In this document: piece by piece, positions 17,375 to 24,682 of the stretch | Numbering within the stretch: the stretch's first letter is position 1 | Layout: the number at the start of each line of letters is the position of its first letter | Assembly: GCA_937138345.1 (NCBI GenBank) | Contig: CAKZOW010000117.1 | Span: 37,572-101,571 of the forward strand | From: an uncultured archaeon | Lineage (GTDB): Archaea > Nanobdellota > Nanobdellia > Woesearchaeales > UBA583 | Reading direction: 5' to 3' | DNA length: 64,000 nucleotides | Notes under the pieces: generated by a model | The model's input: only the letters and a program-made list of their open reading frames with translations | The model's database searches: none | Told to the model about the DNA's origin: nothing | Program-made: the position numbers and the translations under genes

Positions 17375-17691
17375 CATTTGTTTTAATTCAAGTACAAAAA
17401 AAAATTAAGAATATGAAACTTACAAAAAGACAAATACAAAAAATTAGAACAGCTCATAAAAAAGCATTGAGACTGGAGGAACTTTTATCTAGTGCAAGGC
17501 AAGATTTGTCTTTTGTTATTTCATCAATCACAAAAATAGAGGGTAATGTTGATTTTCTGCAAGGCGATGGTTTCGGTTTTACACCAGAAGTAGACAATGA
17601 TACACATATACCTGTTGATGAATTATTAAATTTTGCAGAAAAAGGAAGAGATATAAATATAGAGTTGGTATTAGATAATTTATCTATTTAA
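17371..17691 (+). CDS. hypothetical protein (start possibly at internal Met near 17413)
   Basis: 106-aa ORF. Confidence 0.45.
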   Translation: MTFVLIQVQKKIKNMKLTKRQIQKIRTAHKKALRLEELLSSARQDLSFVISSITKIEGNVDFLQGDGFGFTPEVDNDTHIPVDELLNFAEKGRDINIELVLDNLSI

Positions 17692-17795
17692 TGCCCTCTA
17701 ATGCTTAGCTCGGTGACTGGTGGTGACGCCTGTCACCGCTGGGCAATGAGCGTTCTTATTGTCGGCTGCTTCATTGCGCTAATGCTCGTTCTCAA
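17692..17795 (+). repeat. GC-rich hairpin element (GGTGAC-GCCT-GTCACC) with CTAATGCT direct repeats
   Basis: Hairpin at 17722-17737. The listed ORF 17701-17886 is probably an artefact of this element. Confidence 0.5.
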
Positions 17796-17851
17796 CTATT
17801 CGATTTTTTCAAATAGTTCAATTTGTTTTTTCACTCATTTTAATAAAAAAC

Positions 17852-18232
17852 ATGCAACTATTATATTTTGGAACAACTATATATGATAAAGGATTTGGTG
17901 TTTTTGACATAACAGAAAATATATATCAAAAAATACATCATAACTTTTCAAAATTAAGTACAATTGGTCAATCATCTGAATTAGCATATACTTATTCAAA
18001 TTCTAAATTTAAAAACGGGACTGTTCATTTTGGAAGGTTTAAAGGTGGAACATTCTTAATTGTAGCAGGAAGCCCAATTGACAAAAGAGGTAATACAGTT
18101 TCTTGTTTTTTTACTTTTGAAAATAAAGACATTTCTTATTCTGACTTTTATAAAAAGATAAAAGACAATATGATTTTTAAAAAAACAACTGAAATTTTAA
18201 AAGCTAACTTTGATGATGTTATTTTCTTTTAG
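17852..18232 (+). CDS. hypothetical protein
   Basis: 126-aa ORF; it ends just before the second copy of the 38-bp repeat. Confidence 0.45.
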   Translation: MQLLYFGTTIYDKGFGVFDITENIYQKIHHNFSKLSTIGQSSELAYTYSNSKFKNGTVHFGRFKGGTFLIVAGSPIDKRGNTVSCFFTFENKDISYSDFYKKIKDNMIFKKTTEILKANFDDVIFF

Positions 18233-18247
18233 TTGACGACAATGCTA

Positions 18248-18285
18248 GGAACAATGCACGGTCACGGCTTTTGCCGTGGCTGGTC
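18248..18285 (+). repeat. 38-bp GC-rich repeat (copy 2), identical to 17087-17124
   Basis: Exact direct repeat. The upstream flank TGACGACAATGC resembles TGACCGACAATGC at 16283. Confidence 0.85.
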
Positions 18286-18399
18286 ATGGAGGATTGAAAA
18301 TGTATCTAAAGCAGGGTGGACCTATCACAGGAATTATGTACAATGGTCGATTAGTAAAAGACGTAAAAAAGTTTTTAAAAATATTTGAATTAATAGAGG

Positions 18400-18903
18400 A
18401 TGAATAAAATATTTACGATAGAAGATGGTAAGGTTGTAGTAACACCTGATGTACTAAACATACCTTGGTTAAGGGTAGTCTATGATAAGTACGAGTTACC
18501 TATGGCTGCTTTGAATTATTTACATTATATGTCTGACCCTATAAGTTCTTACTTTAACTTAGGGGAAGATGAAAGAAGTGATAGATTATTGAAGGAGTTT
18601 CCAGGAGATTACAAAATAACAGATATTGAGATTACAGAAGCTTTCAACAATCTAATAGACTTGAGAGTTAACTACGACCCTATTGTTAGAATGAAAGTAG
18701 CTAACGAAGTTATGATGAATAAATTATCAATAATGTGTGAAGGTATGATATTAGATGATAGTAAAGAAGGTAATCTAGATAAAGCTTTAAAAATATTAGA
18801 GAAGACCGGTAAATTTTCTGACAACCATGTTCGCCTATCTAAAGTAGTAGAAGAGAAGTTAAACAAAGGTAGAGGAGGAGTTCAACTTAGTTATGATATG
18901 TAG
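18400..18903 (+). CDS. hypothetical protein
   Basis: 167-aa ORF. Confidence 0.55.
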   Translation: MNKIFTIEDGKVVVTPDVLNIPWLRVVYDKYELPMAALNYLHYMSDPISSYFNLGEDERSDRLLKEFPGDYKITDIEITEAFNNLIDLRVNYDPIVRMKVANEVMMNKLSIMCEGMILDDSKEGNLDKALKILEKTGKFSDNHVRLSKVVEEKLNKGRGGVQLSYDM

Positions 18904-19076
18904 GTTTGGTTATATGATATAATTTATTTATCTTTGAGTTATGAACACGAATAAGAAGATTTAAAGCAAGGAGAATGTATCGGAGATGTGAGTGTTTCCG
19001 TAGCTACTAGTTTAGATAATAGTTATAGTATAGATTGTAGTGAGTATCGTTGTAGAGTTTGTAAAAGATAGTAGTT

Positions 19077-19364
19077 ATGAAAAAGGTGAAAAATTATAAG
19101 TTATATTATGCGTTGTTTTTCGTAGTAGTACTAGGAGCTATAATACTTGTTGTGAATCTTTCACCAAATAAAACAGACAGTATGATAGTATCAGAGCAAA
19201 TAGAAGTTTGTAAAGAGGAACTCAAAATACTTAACTCTGGTAAAGCAGGTATAGTTACAGGACAACTGGTAATTACAGATGATTTATCTAAGAGAATAGG
19301 GTCAAAGGATTTACATAACTTTTATAAAGGTACAACAGAAGAGTTGTTGAAATTAATGAAATAA
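19077..19364 (+). CDS. hypothetical membrane-anchored protein
   Basis: 95 aa with an N-terminal TM helix (YALFFVVVLGAIILVVNL). Confidence 0.45.
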   Translation: MKKVKNYKLYYALFFVVVLGAIILVVNLSPNKTDSMIVSEQIEVCKEELKILNSGKAGIVTGQLVITDDLSKRIGSKDLHNFYKGTTEELLKLMK

Positions 19365-19371
19365 GTAGTGA

Positions 19372-19440
19372 ACCACTTTAACTCAGGGATAGAGTACCTT
19401 CATATGAAGGAAGTCGTAGGTTTGAGTCCTACAAGTCGTA
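19372..19440 (+). tRNA. non-canonical tRNA-like gene (69 nt). It has acceptor, D and T arms, a short variable loop, and an anticodon loop ATATGAA with apparent anticodon ATG
   Basis: Hand-derived structure: acceptor ACCACTT/AAGTCGT (one mismatch), D-arm ACTC-AGGGATA-GAGT, T-arm GTAGG-TTTGAGT-CCTAC. The anticodon stem CCTTC/GGAAG has a C-A mismatch and sits inside a perfect palindrome CCTTCATATGAAGG. The variable loop is only 2 nt. Confidence 0.35.
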
Positions 19441-19451
19441 CTACTTTACTA

Positions 19452-19525
19452 GCCTCCTTAGCTCAGGTGATTAGAGCACCTCACTTGTAATGAGGATGTC
19501 ACAGGTTTGACTCCTGTAGGAGGCT
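19452..19525 (+). tRNA. tRNA-Thr (anticodon TGT)
   Basis: Acceptor GCCTCCT/AGGAGGC, D-arm GCTC-AGGTGATTA-GAGC, anticodon arm CCTCA-CTTGTAA-TGAGG, variable loop ATGTC, T-arm ACAGG-TTTGACT-CCTGT, discriminator T. Confidence 0.8.
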
Positions 19526-19584
19526 CAATAAGTTTTAATATTTTCCTTTTTACCGTGCGTAGGTATTAGATAAAATATTTATAA

Positions 19585-19657
19585 TGCAGGATAGCTGAGT
19601 CGGTTTAGCACAAGATTCATAATCTTGAGTACGATGGTTCGAGTCCATCTCCTGCGT
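19585..19657 (+). tRNA. tRNA-Met (anticodon CAT; could be elongator Met, initiator, or Ile2 if lysidine-modified)
   Basis: Acceptor TGCAGGA/TCCTGCG (T1-G72 wobble), D-arm GCTG-AGTCGGTT-TAGC, anticodon arm CAAGA-TTCATAA-TCTTG, T-arm GATGG-TTCGAGT-CCATC. Confidence 0.75.
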
Positions 19658-19686
19658 CTAATTGTTAACAAACTAAATTAATTACA

Positions 19687-19938
19687 ATGAGTAGGTTACC
19701 GTTCCGTATAGTAATAGCAGGAATATTATTAGTATTACTACCTTTCTTATTAGGTACAGGTTATTTCACCCTTATACAGGGTAAGAGTGTAGGTGATCCT
19801 GTAAAGTTATATGAGATTCTAATTGGTCTTGGGATTATCTTTGGAGGATATTTTGCCTTATTTTTAATTGCTGTATCTAAAGGAGGTGACTGGATTAGAG
19901 ACTGGATTAACAGTGTGACTAAAAAAGAAAATGATTAA
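19687..19938 (+). CDS. small two-TM membrane protein (83 aa); holin-like or membrane-associated
   Basis: Two hydrophobic helices (VIAGILLVLLPFLLGTGYF and ILIGLGIIFGGYFALFLIAV) and a charged C-terminus. Confidence 0.5.
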   Translation: MSRLPFRIVIAGILLVLLPFLLGTGYFTLIQGKSVGDPVKLYEILIGLGIIFGGYFALFLIAVSKGGDWIRDWINSVTKKEND

Positions 19939-20059
19939 AGAATTTAAGTTACAAAGAATGTATCGATACATCAGATATAGTTAAGTGCAATTGATTATAT
20001 CTACGTTTACTTAGGTTAATTAGGTTCGAATCCTAGTAGTAAAATTTGTAACTTAGTAC

Positions 20060-20133
20060 GGATAATTGGTCTAGCTGGCTAAGACGCTATCCTGTCACGG
20101 TAGAGATCACGGGTTCGAATCCCGTATTATCCG
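20060..20133 (+). tRNA. tRNA-Asp (anticodon GTC)
   Basis: Acceptor GGATAAT/ATTATCC (perfect), D-arm GTCT-AGCTGGCTA-AGAC, anticodon arm CTATC-CTGTCAC-GGTAG, variable loop AGATC, T-arm ACGGG-TTCGAAT-CCCGT, discriminator G. Confidence 0.85.
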
Positions 20134-20148
20134 CTAAAATTAAATACT

Positions 20149-20433
20149 ATGAATCCAATAAAAGAATTTTTAAAAGCTAAAGGTACAGTAGAATTTGTTG
20201 CTGACGAGAATAAATGGGAGAAATACCCTATGCAGATTGTAGTAGAAGGAGAAGTTAAAACTGCTTTTATACAAGATGCTGATAAATCTCATAATGATGA
20301 GGAGCATGTATTAGTAGTACTACTTATGGTAGAGGGTAAAGTATTTAAAGTAGTAAAAGTTTGCCAAGCTCCAGTTACTTGTGAAATTGATTGGGATACA
20401 GTAACTTGTGCTACTACTATAGAAAGTATGTAA
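20149..20433 (+). CDS. hypothetical protein
   Basis: 94-aa ORF starting 15 nt after tRNA-Asp. Confidence 0.5.
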   Translation: MNPIKEFLKAKGTVEFVADENKWEKYPMQIVVEGEVKTAFIQDADKSHNDEEHVLVVLLMVEGKVFKVVKVCQAPVTCEIDWDTVTCATTIESM

Positions 20434-20592
20434 AATTTCTAACTCCTTACGATTATTCTAGGTTTATGTTTACCTTTGAGGTTTAATCTATTGTAGGAGT
20501 TAGTTTTTAAGGGAAAGTATGCAAGTGGTTAAAGCACGCGCATTGTAAATGCGTCACTTCGGTTTCAGAGGTTCGAATCCAAGTAGGCACAC

Positions 20593-20850
20593 ATGGAAAA
20601 GTTAGTAGAGAATGGTTTAGAATTTACTAGATACAATTGCTTAGAAGGGTATGTGGATTATACTCGTCTAAACGCAGGACATGATCCTAATAAAAAGAAA
20701 CCTTTTTCTACTTTAAATCTAATAGTAAACTGGTTACGTTTTAAAGGACATCCTTGGGAACTCTATGATACTAAAAGAGTTCGAGAGATGTTATCTAACA
20801 AGGATGGCTTTACATCAGAAGAACTTTATTTTTTAATTGATAACCGATAG
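20593..20850 (+). CDS. hypothetical protein
   Basis: 85-aa ORF sandwiched between the tRNA-like element at 20511-20590 and tRNA-Cys. Confidence 0.5.
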   Translation: MEKLVENGLEFTRYNCLEGYVDYTRLNAGHDPNKKKPFSTLNLIVNWLRFKGHPWELYDTKRVREMLSNKDGFTSEELYFLIDNR

Positions 20851-20921
20851 TCTACTCAATATTGGTATAGAGGTGGGTCTGCAAAACCTTCTTAATTCCG
20901 GTTCGATTCCGGAGATTATCT
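20846..20921 (+). tRNA. tRNA-Cys (anticodon GCA)
   Basis: Acceptor GATAGTC/GATTATC (one G-T pair), anticodon stem TGGGT/ACCTT with loop CTGCAAA, T-arm TCCGG-TTCGATT-CCGGA. The D-arm is slightly irregular. Confidence 0.65.
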
Positions 20922-20944
20922 CTATTCTTAATCAAAATTAAATT

Positions 20945-21424
20945 ATGAGAATTTTATTTACAACATTACTGTTACTCGTTACTATGTCTGTATTTGCACA
21001 GAATATCGGTGATTGTGTTAAGACAGTATATTACCCTCCTGTAGCTGTGCAGGGCTTTAAAGTAGTCGAACTAGAACCAGCAATTTACGAGACTTACATC
21101 AAAACTCCAGCTGTATCTAGTACAGTGAGAACTGAAGCTGTTTATGAATGGAGAACTAAGGAAATCTTAGTAAAGTCAGCGCACACAGATTACGTTAAAT
21201 CTAATTGTGGTACTGATGCAGGATGTTCTTGGAAGAAAGTAGCAGTTCCAGCAGTTTACAAAACTATTAGGTACAAAGTTTTAGTAAAAGACGCTTGTGT
21301 TACTACAGTAGTAACTATTCCCGCAGTACTTGGTAGACGTTTGGTAAGACCAGCTATTACTAGTAAAGTACGAACTGAAACCATTACAGAGGGTGGTAAA
21401 ATAGTATTACAAAGCTGTAATTAA
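20945..21424 (+). CDS. secreted protein (signal peptide)
   Basis: 159 aa. MRILFTTLLLLVTMSVFAQ is a cleavable signal peptide; the mature protein is Val/Thr/Lys-rich. Confidence 0.55.
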   Translation: MRILFTTLLLLVTMSVFAQNIGDCVKTVYYPPVAVQGFKVVELEPAIYETYIKTPAVSSTVRTEAVYEWRTKEILVKSAHTDYVKSNCGTDAGCSWKKVAVPAVYKTIRYKVLVKDACVTTVVTIPAVLGRRLVRPAITSKVRTETITEGGKIVLQSCN

Positions 21425-21435
21425 AACAATTTATT

Positions 21436-21765
21436 ATGCGTAAAACATTAAAAAATACGACTAGTGATGGTGCTAGTAAAAATGTAAGAGATATTAAATT
21501 TTGGGGAGATGGAGATACTTTCAAATTAATATCAAAAGCTTTTTCAAAAGCGGAAGGTTGGATGAAGTCTACAAAAGCTATGCAAATAGATGGTGTAGGA
21601 TGTGTAATTCAAGTAACTACTCAACAAGGAGAAGGTATTACAGAACACGGTACTAGACAAGTCGATAATATTGCAGAAGCTTTAACATTTGTACCAGGAG
21701 TAAAGATTGAAGAAGTAATGAATTCTGAAGGACTAGTTATTAGTAGAAAAATTGTAGTTATTTAA
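21436..21765 (+). CDS. hypothetical protein
   Basis: 109-aa ORF. Confidence 0.5.
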   Translation: MRKTLKNTTSDGASKNVRDIKFWGDGDTFKLISKAFSKAEGWMKSTKAMQIDGVGCVIQVTTQQGEGITEHGTRQVDNIAEALTFVPGVKIEEVMNSEGLVISRKIVVI

Positions 21766-21827
21766 AGGATTTATAACTCCAAAAACATTTAAATTTTTTA
21801 TTAACTGGTATTTAATTAAAAAAACAA

Positions 21828-22052
21828 ATGGTAATACAGAAAGTAATTTTAAACCCTTGCAAACCTAAAGCAGACGGTACAGCAAATATTACGGGTTGCT
21901 CTTTATTAGAAATCGACAAACCTACTTACGAGTGGATTAATGATATGGCATTTGATAAGGAGGAAGTAAAATTAATAGTAATAGATACGAATAGGTACGA
22001 AGAATTTATTTATCAAGAAGCTAAACGATTAGCGGACAAATTAGAAAATTAA
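21828..22052 (+). CDS. hypothetical protein
   Basis: 74-aa ORF. Confidence 0.4.
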   Translation: MVIQKVILNPCKPKADGTANITGCSLLEIDKPTYEWINDMAFDKEEVKLIVIDTNRYEEFIYQEAKRLADKLEN

Positions 22053-22057
22053 GAGAT

Positions 22058-22579
22058 ATGCAGTTTAAAACATTAGAAGATGCTCAAGCAGCGTTAGATT
22101 CAAATTTAGTAGAGTTTAGAGAATTAGAAAAGATTGTTAATAATCAAGGAAGTAAAATTCAATCTATTAGAGATAAACTTACTAAAGCCGCTGAAGAAGG
22201 TAATAAGAATATGGTAGCCATCCAAACAAAAGCTCAGAAGAGTATGGATGCTATTAAACAGAGTCTTCAAATTCAAGAGACTAAGGCAATTAAAGATGCT
22301 AAAAAATATGAGGCTAAAATTACTAATAACACTATCTTGATGCAAAAAAACATCATGGAGCGTCACGAATTAGCAGGTGCAATCAAACAACTGGGTGGCG
22401 AAGTTCCAGAAGAAAGTAAAGTAGTTTTCCCTGACCTATTACCAGAAGAAGAAGAGTTGTTACAAGAATTCACTGATGTAGGTGGTACAGGAGATTTAGA
22501 AGAAGTAACATCTGGTTATTTACAAGTTGAAGGACAAGAAAATATTACAGAAGGCGTTTTAACTACTACATTGAATTAA
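22058..22579 (+). CDS. coiled-coil protein; candidate small terminase subunit (assigned by position only)
   Basis: 173-aa helical, charged protein immediately upstream of the putative large terminase gene. Confidence 0.3.
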   Translation: MQFKTLEDAQAALDSNLVEFRELEKIVNNQGSKIQSIRDKLTKAAEEGNKNMVAIQTKAQKSMDAIKQSLQIQETKAIKDAKKYEAKITNNTILMQKNIMERHELAGAIKQLGGEVPEESKVVFPDLLPEEEELLQEFTDVGGTGDLEEVTSGYLQVEGQENITEGVLTTTLN

Positions 22580-22597
22580 TTATAGCCCCAAAAAAAC

Positions 22598-24682
22598 ATG
22601 ATTACTGAATTCAAAAACAATGTAGGTGTTTGGAATGGTTCTGAATTTGTTTTAGAGAATATTACTAAAGATCATAGAATACAGATGATTCGGGACTTAA
22701 CTAAAAGACCTGGAGAAATTAAATTCGATGAACGTGTATTCGACTTCACTAAGACTAGGGACTATTTCAATAAGCACAGATATTACACTAACCTAGTCTC
22801 TTACTCAAGAGACTGGGTTTCCTTCTGGGAACATGAGAAATCGCTTCTGTATTCTGGTGTGATAATAGACGACTTCTATATTTCTGGAGATATGTATCAT
22901 TATCTCAATTTCATACAAATACCTAATAAAGTCGCAGGAGGTCCTACCTTTCCTTGGTTCTTAGATACAGATGTTTGGTACCACAATCATATAGAACTAG
23001 CTCCTCTTATTAATAAATTTACAGTAACAGTTAAGAAAAGACAGATTGGTATTTCTTTGAAGCATTGTGCTAAAATGTTAAAGAGATTTTATCATGAGCA
23101 AAATTTCGTAGGAAGATTAGCATCTTTCAATGAAAGTTACGTAAAAGAGAACTGGAAGATTATGGATGATTTTCATGATTTTCTACAAGAACACACTGCT
23201 TGGAAAAGACCTTTAGATCCAGGTAAAACATTAAACTGGAGGCAGAGGATTAAAATGCCTGATAGTACTTACAAAGGTAGAAAGTCTACTTTAAAAGGAG
23301 TTACTACCAAAACCAATCCAGCAGCATTAGTATCAGGTACAGTAAGTGAAGTATGGAAGGATGAAATAGGAATTGATTCTACATTAATTGATAGTGTGGA
23401 ATTTGCTCGTCCTGCTTTGTCTTGGGGAAACCTTATTAAAGGAGAAATGCACCTAACAGGGGCAGTAGGTAAGTTAAAGGATAGTGCAGATTTAAAGAAA
23501 CTCTTTTACAATCCAGATGATTATAACATGCTCTCATTTGAGAATGATTATAATAATGATTCAGAGAAAATAGGAATGTTTATTCCTGAGCAATGGTCTT
23601 ATGGTGATTTTATAGATGAGTACGGTAATTCTGACGTAGAAGGAGCTTTAGTAGAAATAGAAAGATTAGCTGAGTTAGAGAAAAAGAAGTCTTTCAAGGC
23701 TTATATGATTTACAAATCTCAAAGACCTACAGATCCTTCAGAAGCCTTTGCAGAAAGAGAGGAGAATGATTTTCCTGTATATATCATAGAACCTCACTAC
23801 AAAAAACTACAAGCAGGCTTTAATCCTATGACTGTAGAATTATTTACAGATTCTAGAGGTAACGTCAAACACACTTTCTCTACTAAGTATCCTATAATAA
23901 AAGACTTTCCAGTTAAGAAGGATACTATTAAAAATGGTATAATAGTTATTGACGAAATGCCTTTACCTAATACCCCTTTTGGCTTATACTACGCAGGTGT
24001 CGATACAATTAGTCCTATTACGTCAACTGGGTCGTCAATCTCATTGCAATCCTGTTATATATATAAATCAGCACATGAGTTAGATGGTGAATTTTCCAGT
24101 GAAAAAGTTGTAGCATGGTACGCAGGTAGACCTGAAGAAAGATACGGAGCCTTTGATATCACGAAAAATTTGATTAACTTTTATAATGCGAGAGCGGCTA
24201 TAGAAAATGATAATAAGAACTTTATCGAATGGATGATTGGTAAGAAGCAGCAGAATTGTATGATGCGTCGAAGAGAATTCAACCTAGGTAAAGAAACTTT
24301 TGCTAAGTCTAGTATATCTACTATTGAGTATGGTTTACGTACTGGTACTAAAGATATGAAGAATTACTTAATATCATTAGCCATAGAGTATGTTTCTGAA
24401 GAAATTGGTAATAGAGTAGATACTGATACAGGAAAGACTGTTCCTATATATGGTGTAGAAAGAATTAAAGATGAAATGCTTCTAAGAGAGATGTTAGATT
24501 ATACTCCACGTAAGAATGTAGATAGAATTGTATCCTTTGCTATAGCTTTGTTCGCATCTAGATCTAATACTAACAGAGGATTTAAATTATCTAATAAAGT
24601 AAAAGAATACAAACCAAAGGCTAAAAGAGTTGATAGACGTTTTACAAAGACGTATAGTAGTCCTTTCCAAATTAAAAGATAA
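22598..24682 (+). CDS. putative terminase large subunit (ATPase plus RNase H-like nuclease) with a deviant Walker A
   Basis: 694 aa. P-loop-like TVKKRQIGIS sits at about residue 160 (compare the gp17-type SRQLGKT Walker A). The C-terminal half has GIIVIDEMPLP...LYYAGVDTISP, resembling nuclease motif I (h-h-G-h-D) of large terminases. It lies directly upstream of the portal-like gene. Confidence 0.5.
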   Translation: MITEFKNNVGVWNGSEFVLENITKDHRIQMIRDLTKRPGEIKFDERVFDFTKTRDYFNKHRYYTNLVSYSRDWVSFWEHEKSLLYSGVIIDDFYISGDMYHYLNFIQIPNKVAGGPTFPWFLDTDVWYHNHIELAPLINKFTVTVKKRQIGISLKHCAKMLKRFYHEQNFVGRLASFNESYVKENWKIMDDFHDFLQEHTAWKRPLDPGKTLNWRQRIKMPDSTYKGRKSTLKGVTTKTNPAALVSGTVSEVWKDEIGIDSTLIDSVEFARPALSWGNLIKGEMHLTGAVGKLKDSADLKKLFYNPDDYNMLSFENDYNNDSEKIGMFIPEQWSYGDFIDEYGNSDVEGALVEIERLAELEKKKSFKAYMIYKSQRPTDPSEAFAEREENDFPVYIIEPHYKKLQAGFNPMTVELFTDSRGNVKHTFSTKYPIIKDFPVKKDTIKNGIIVIDEMPLPNTPFGLYYAGVDTISPITSTGSSISLQSCYIYKSAHELDGEFSSEKVVAWYAGRPEERYGAFDITKNLINFYNARAAIENDNKNFIEWMIGKKQQNCMMRRREFNLGKETFAKSSISTIEYGLRTGTKDMKNYLISLAIEYVSEEIGNRVDTDTGKTVPIYGVERIKDEMLLREMLDYTPRKNVDRIVSFAIALFASRSNTNRGFKLSNKVKEYKPKAKRVDRRFTKTYSSPFQIKR

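Noticed and set aside
17701-17886. 61-aa ORF (MLSSVTGGDACHRWAMSVLIV...)
   Set aside because: It is encoded almost entirely by the GC-rich hairpin repeat element. The codon composition is unlike neighbouring genes, so it is a probable artefact.
20011-20044. Additional tRNA between 19960 and 20050
   Set aside because: Only a T-arm (TTAGG-TTCGAAT-CCTAG) and palindromes (TGTATCGATACA, and the AGATATA...TATATCT stem) are present. No acceptor or anticodon arm can be paired, so it is reported as a fragment only.
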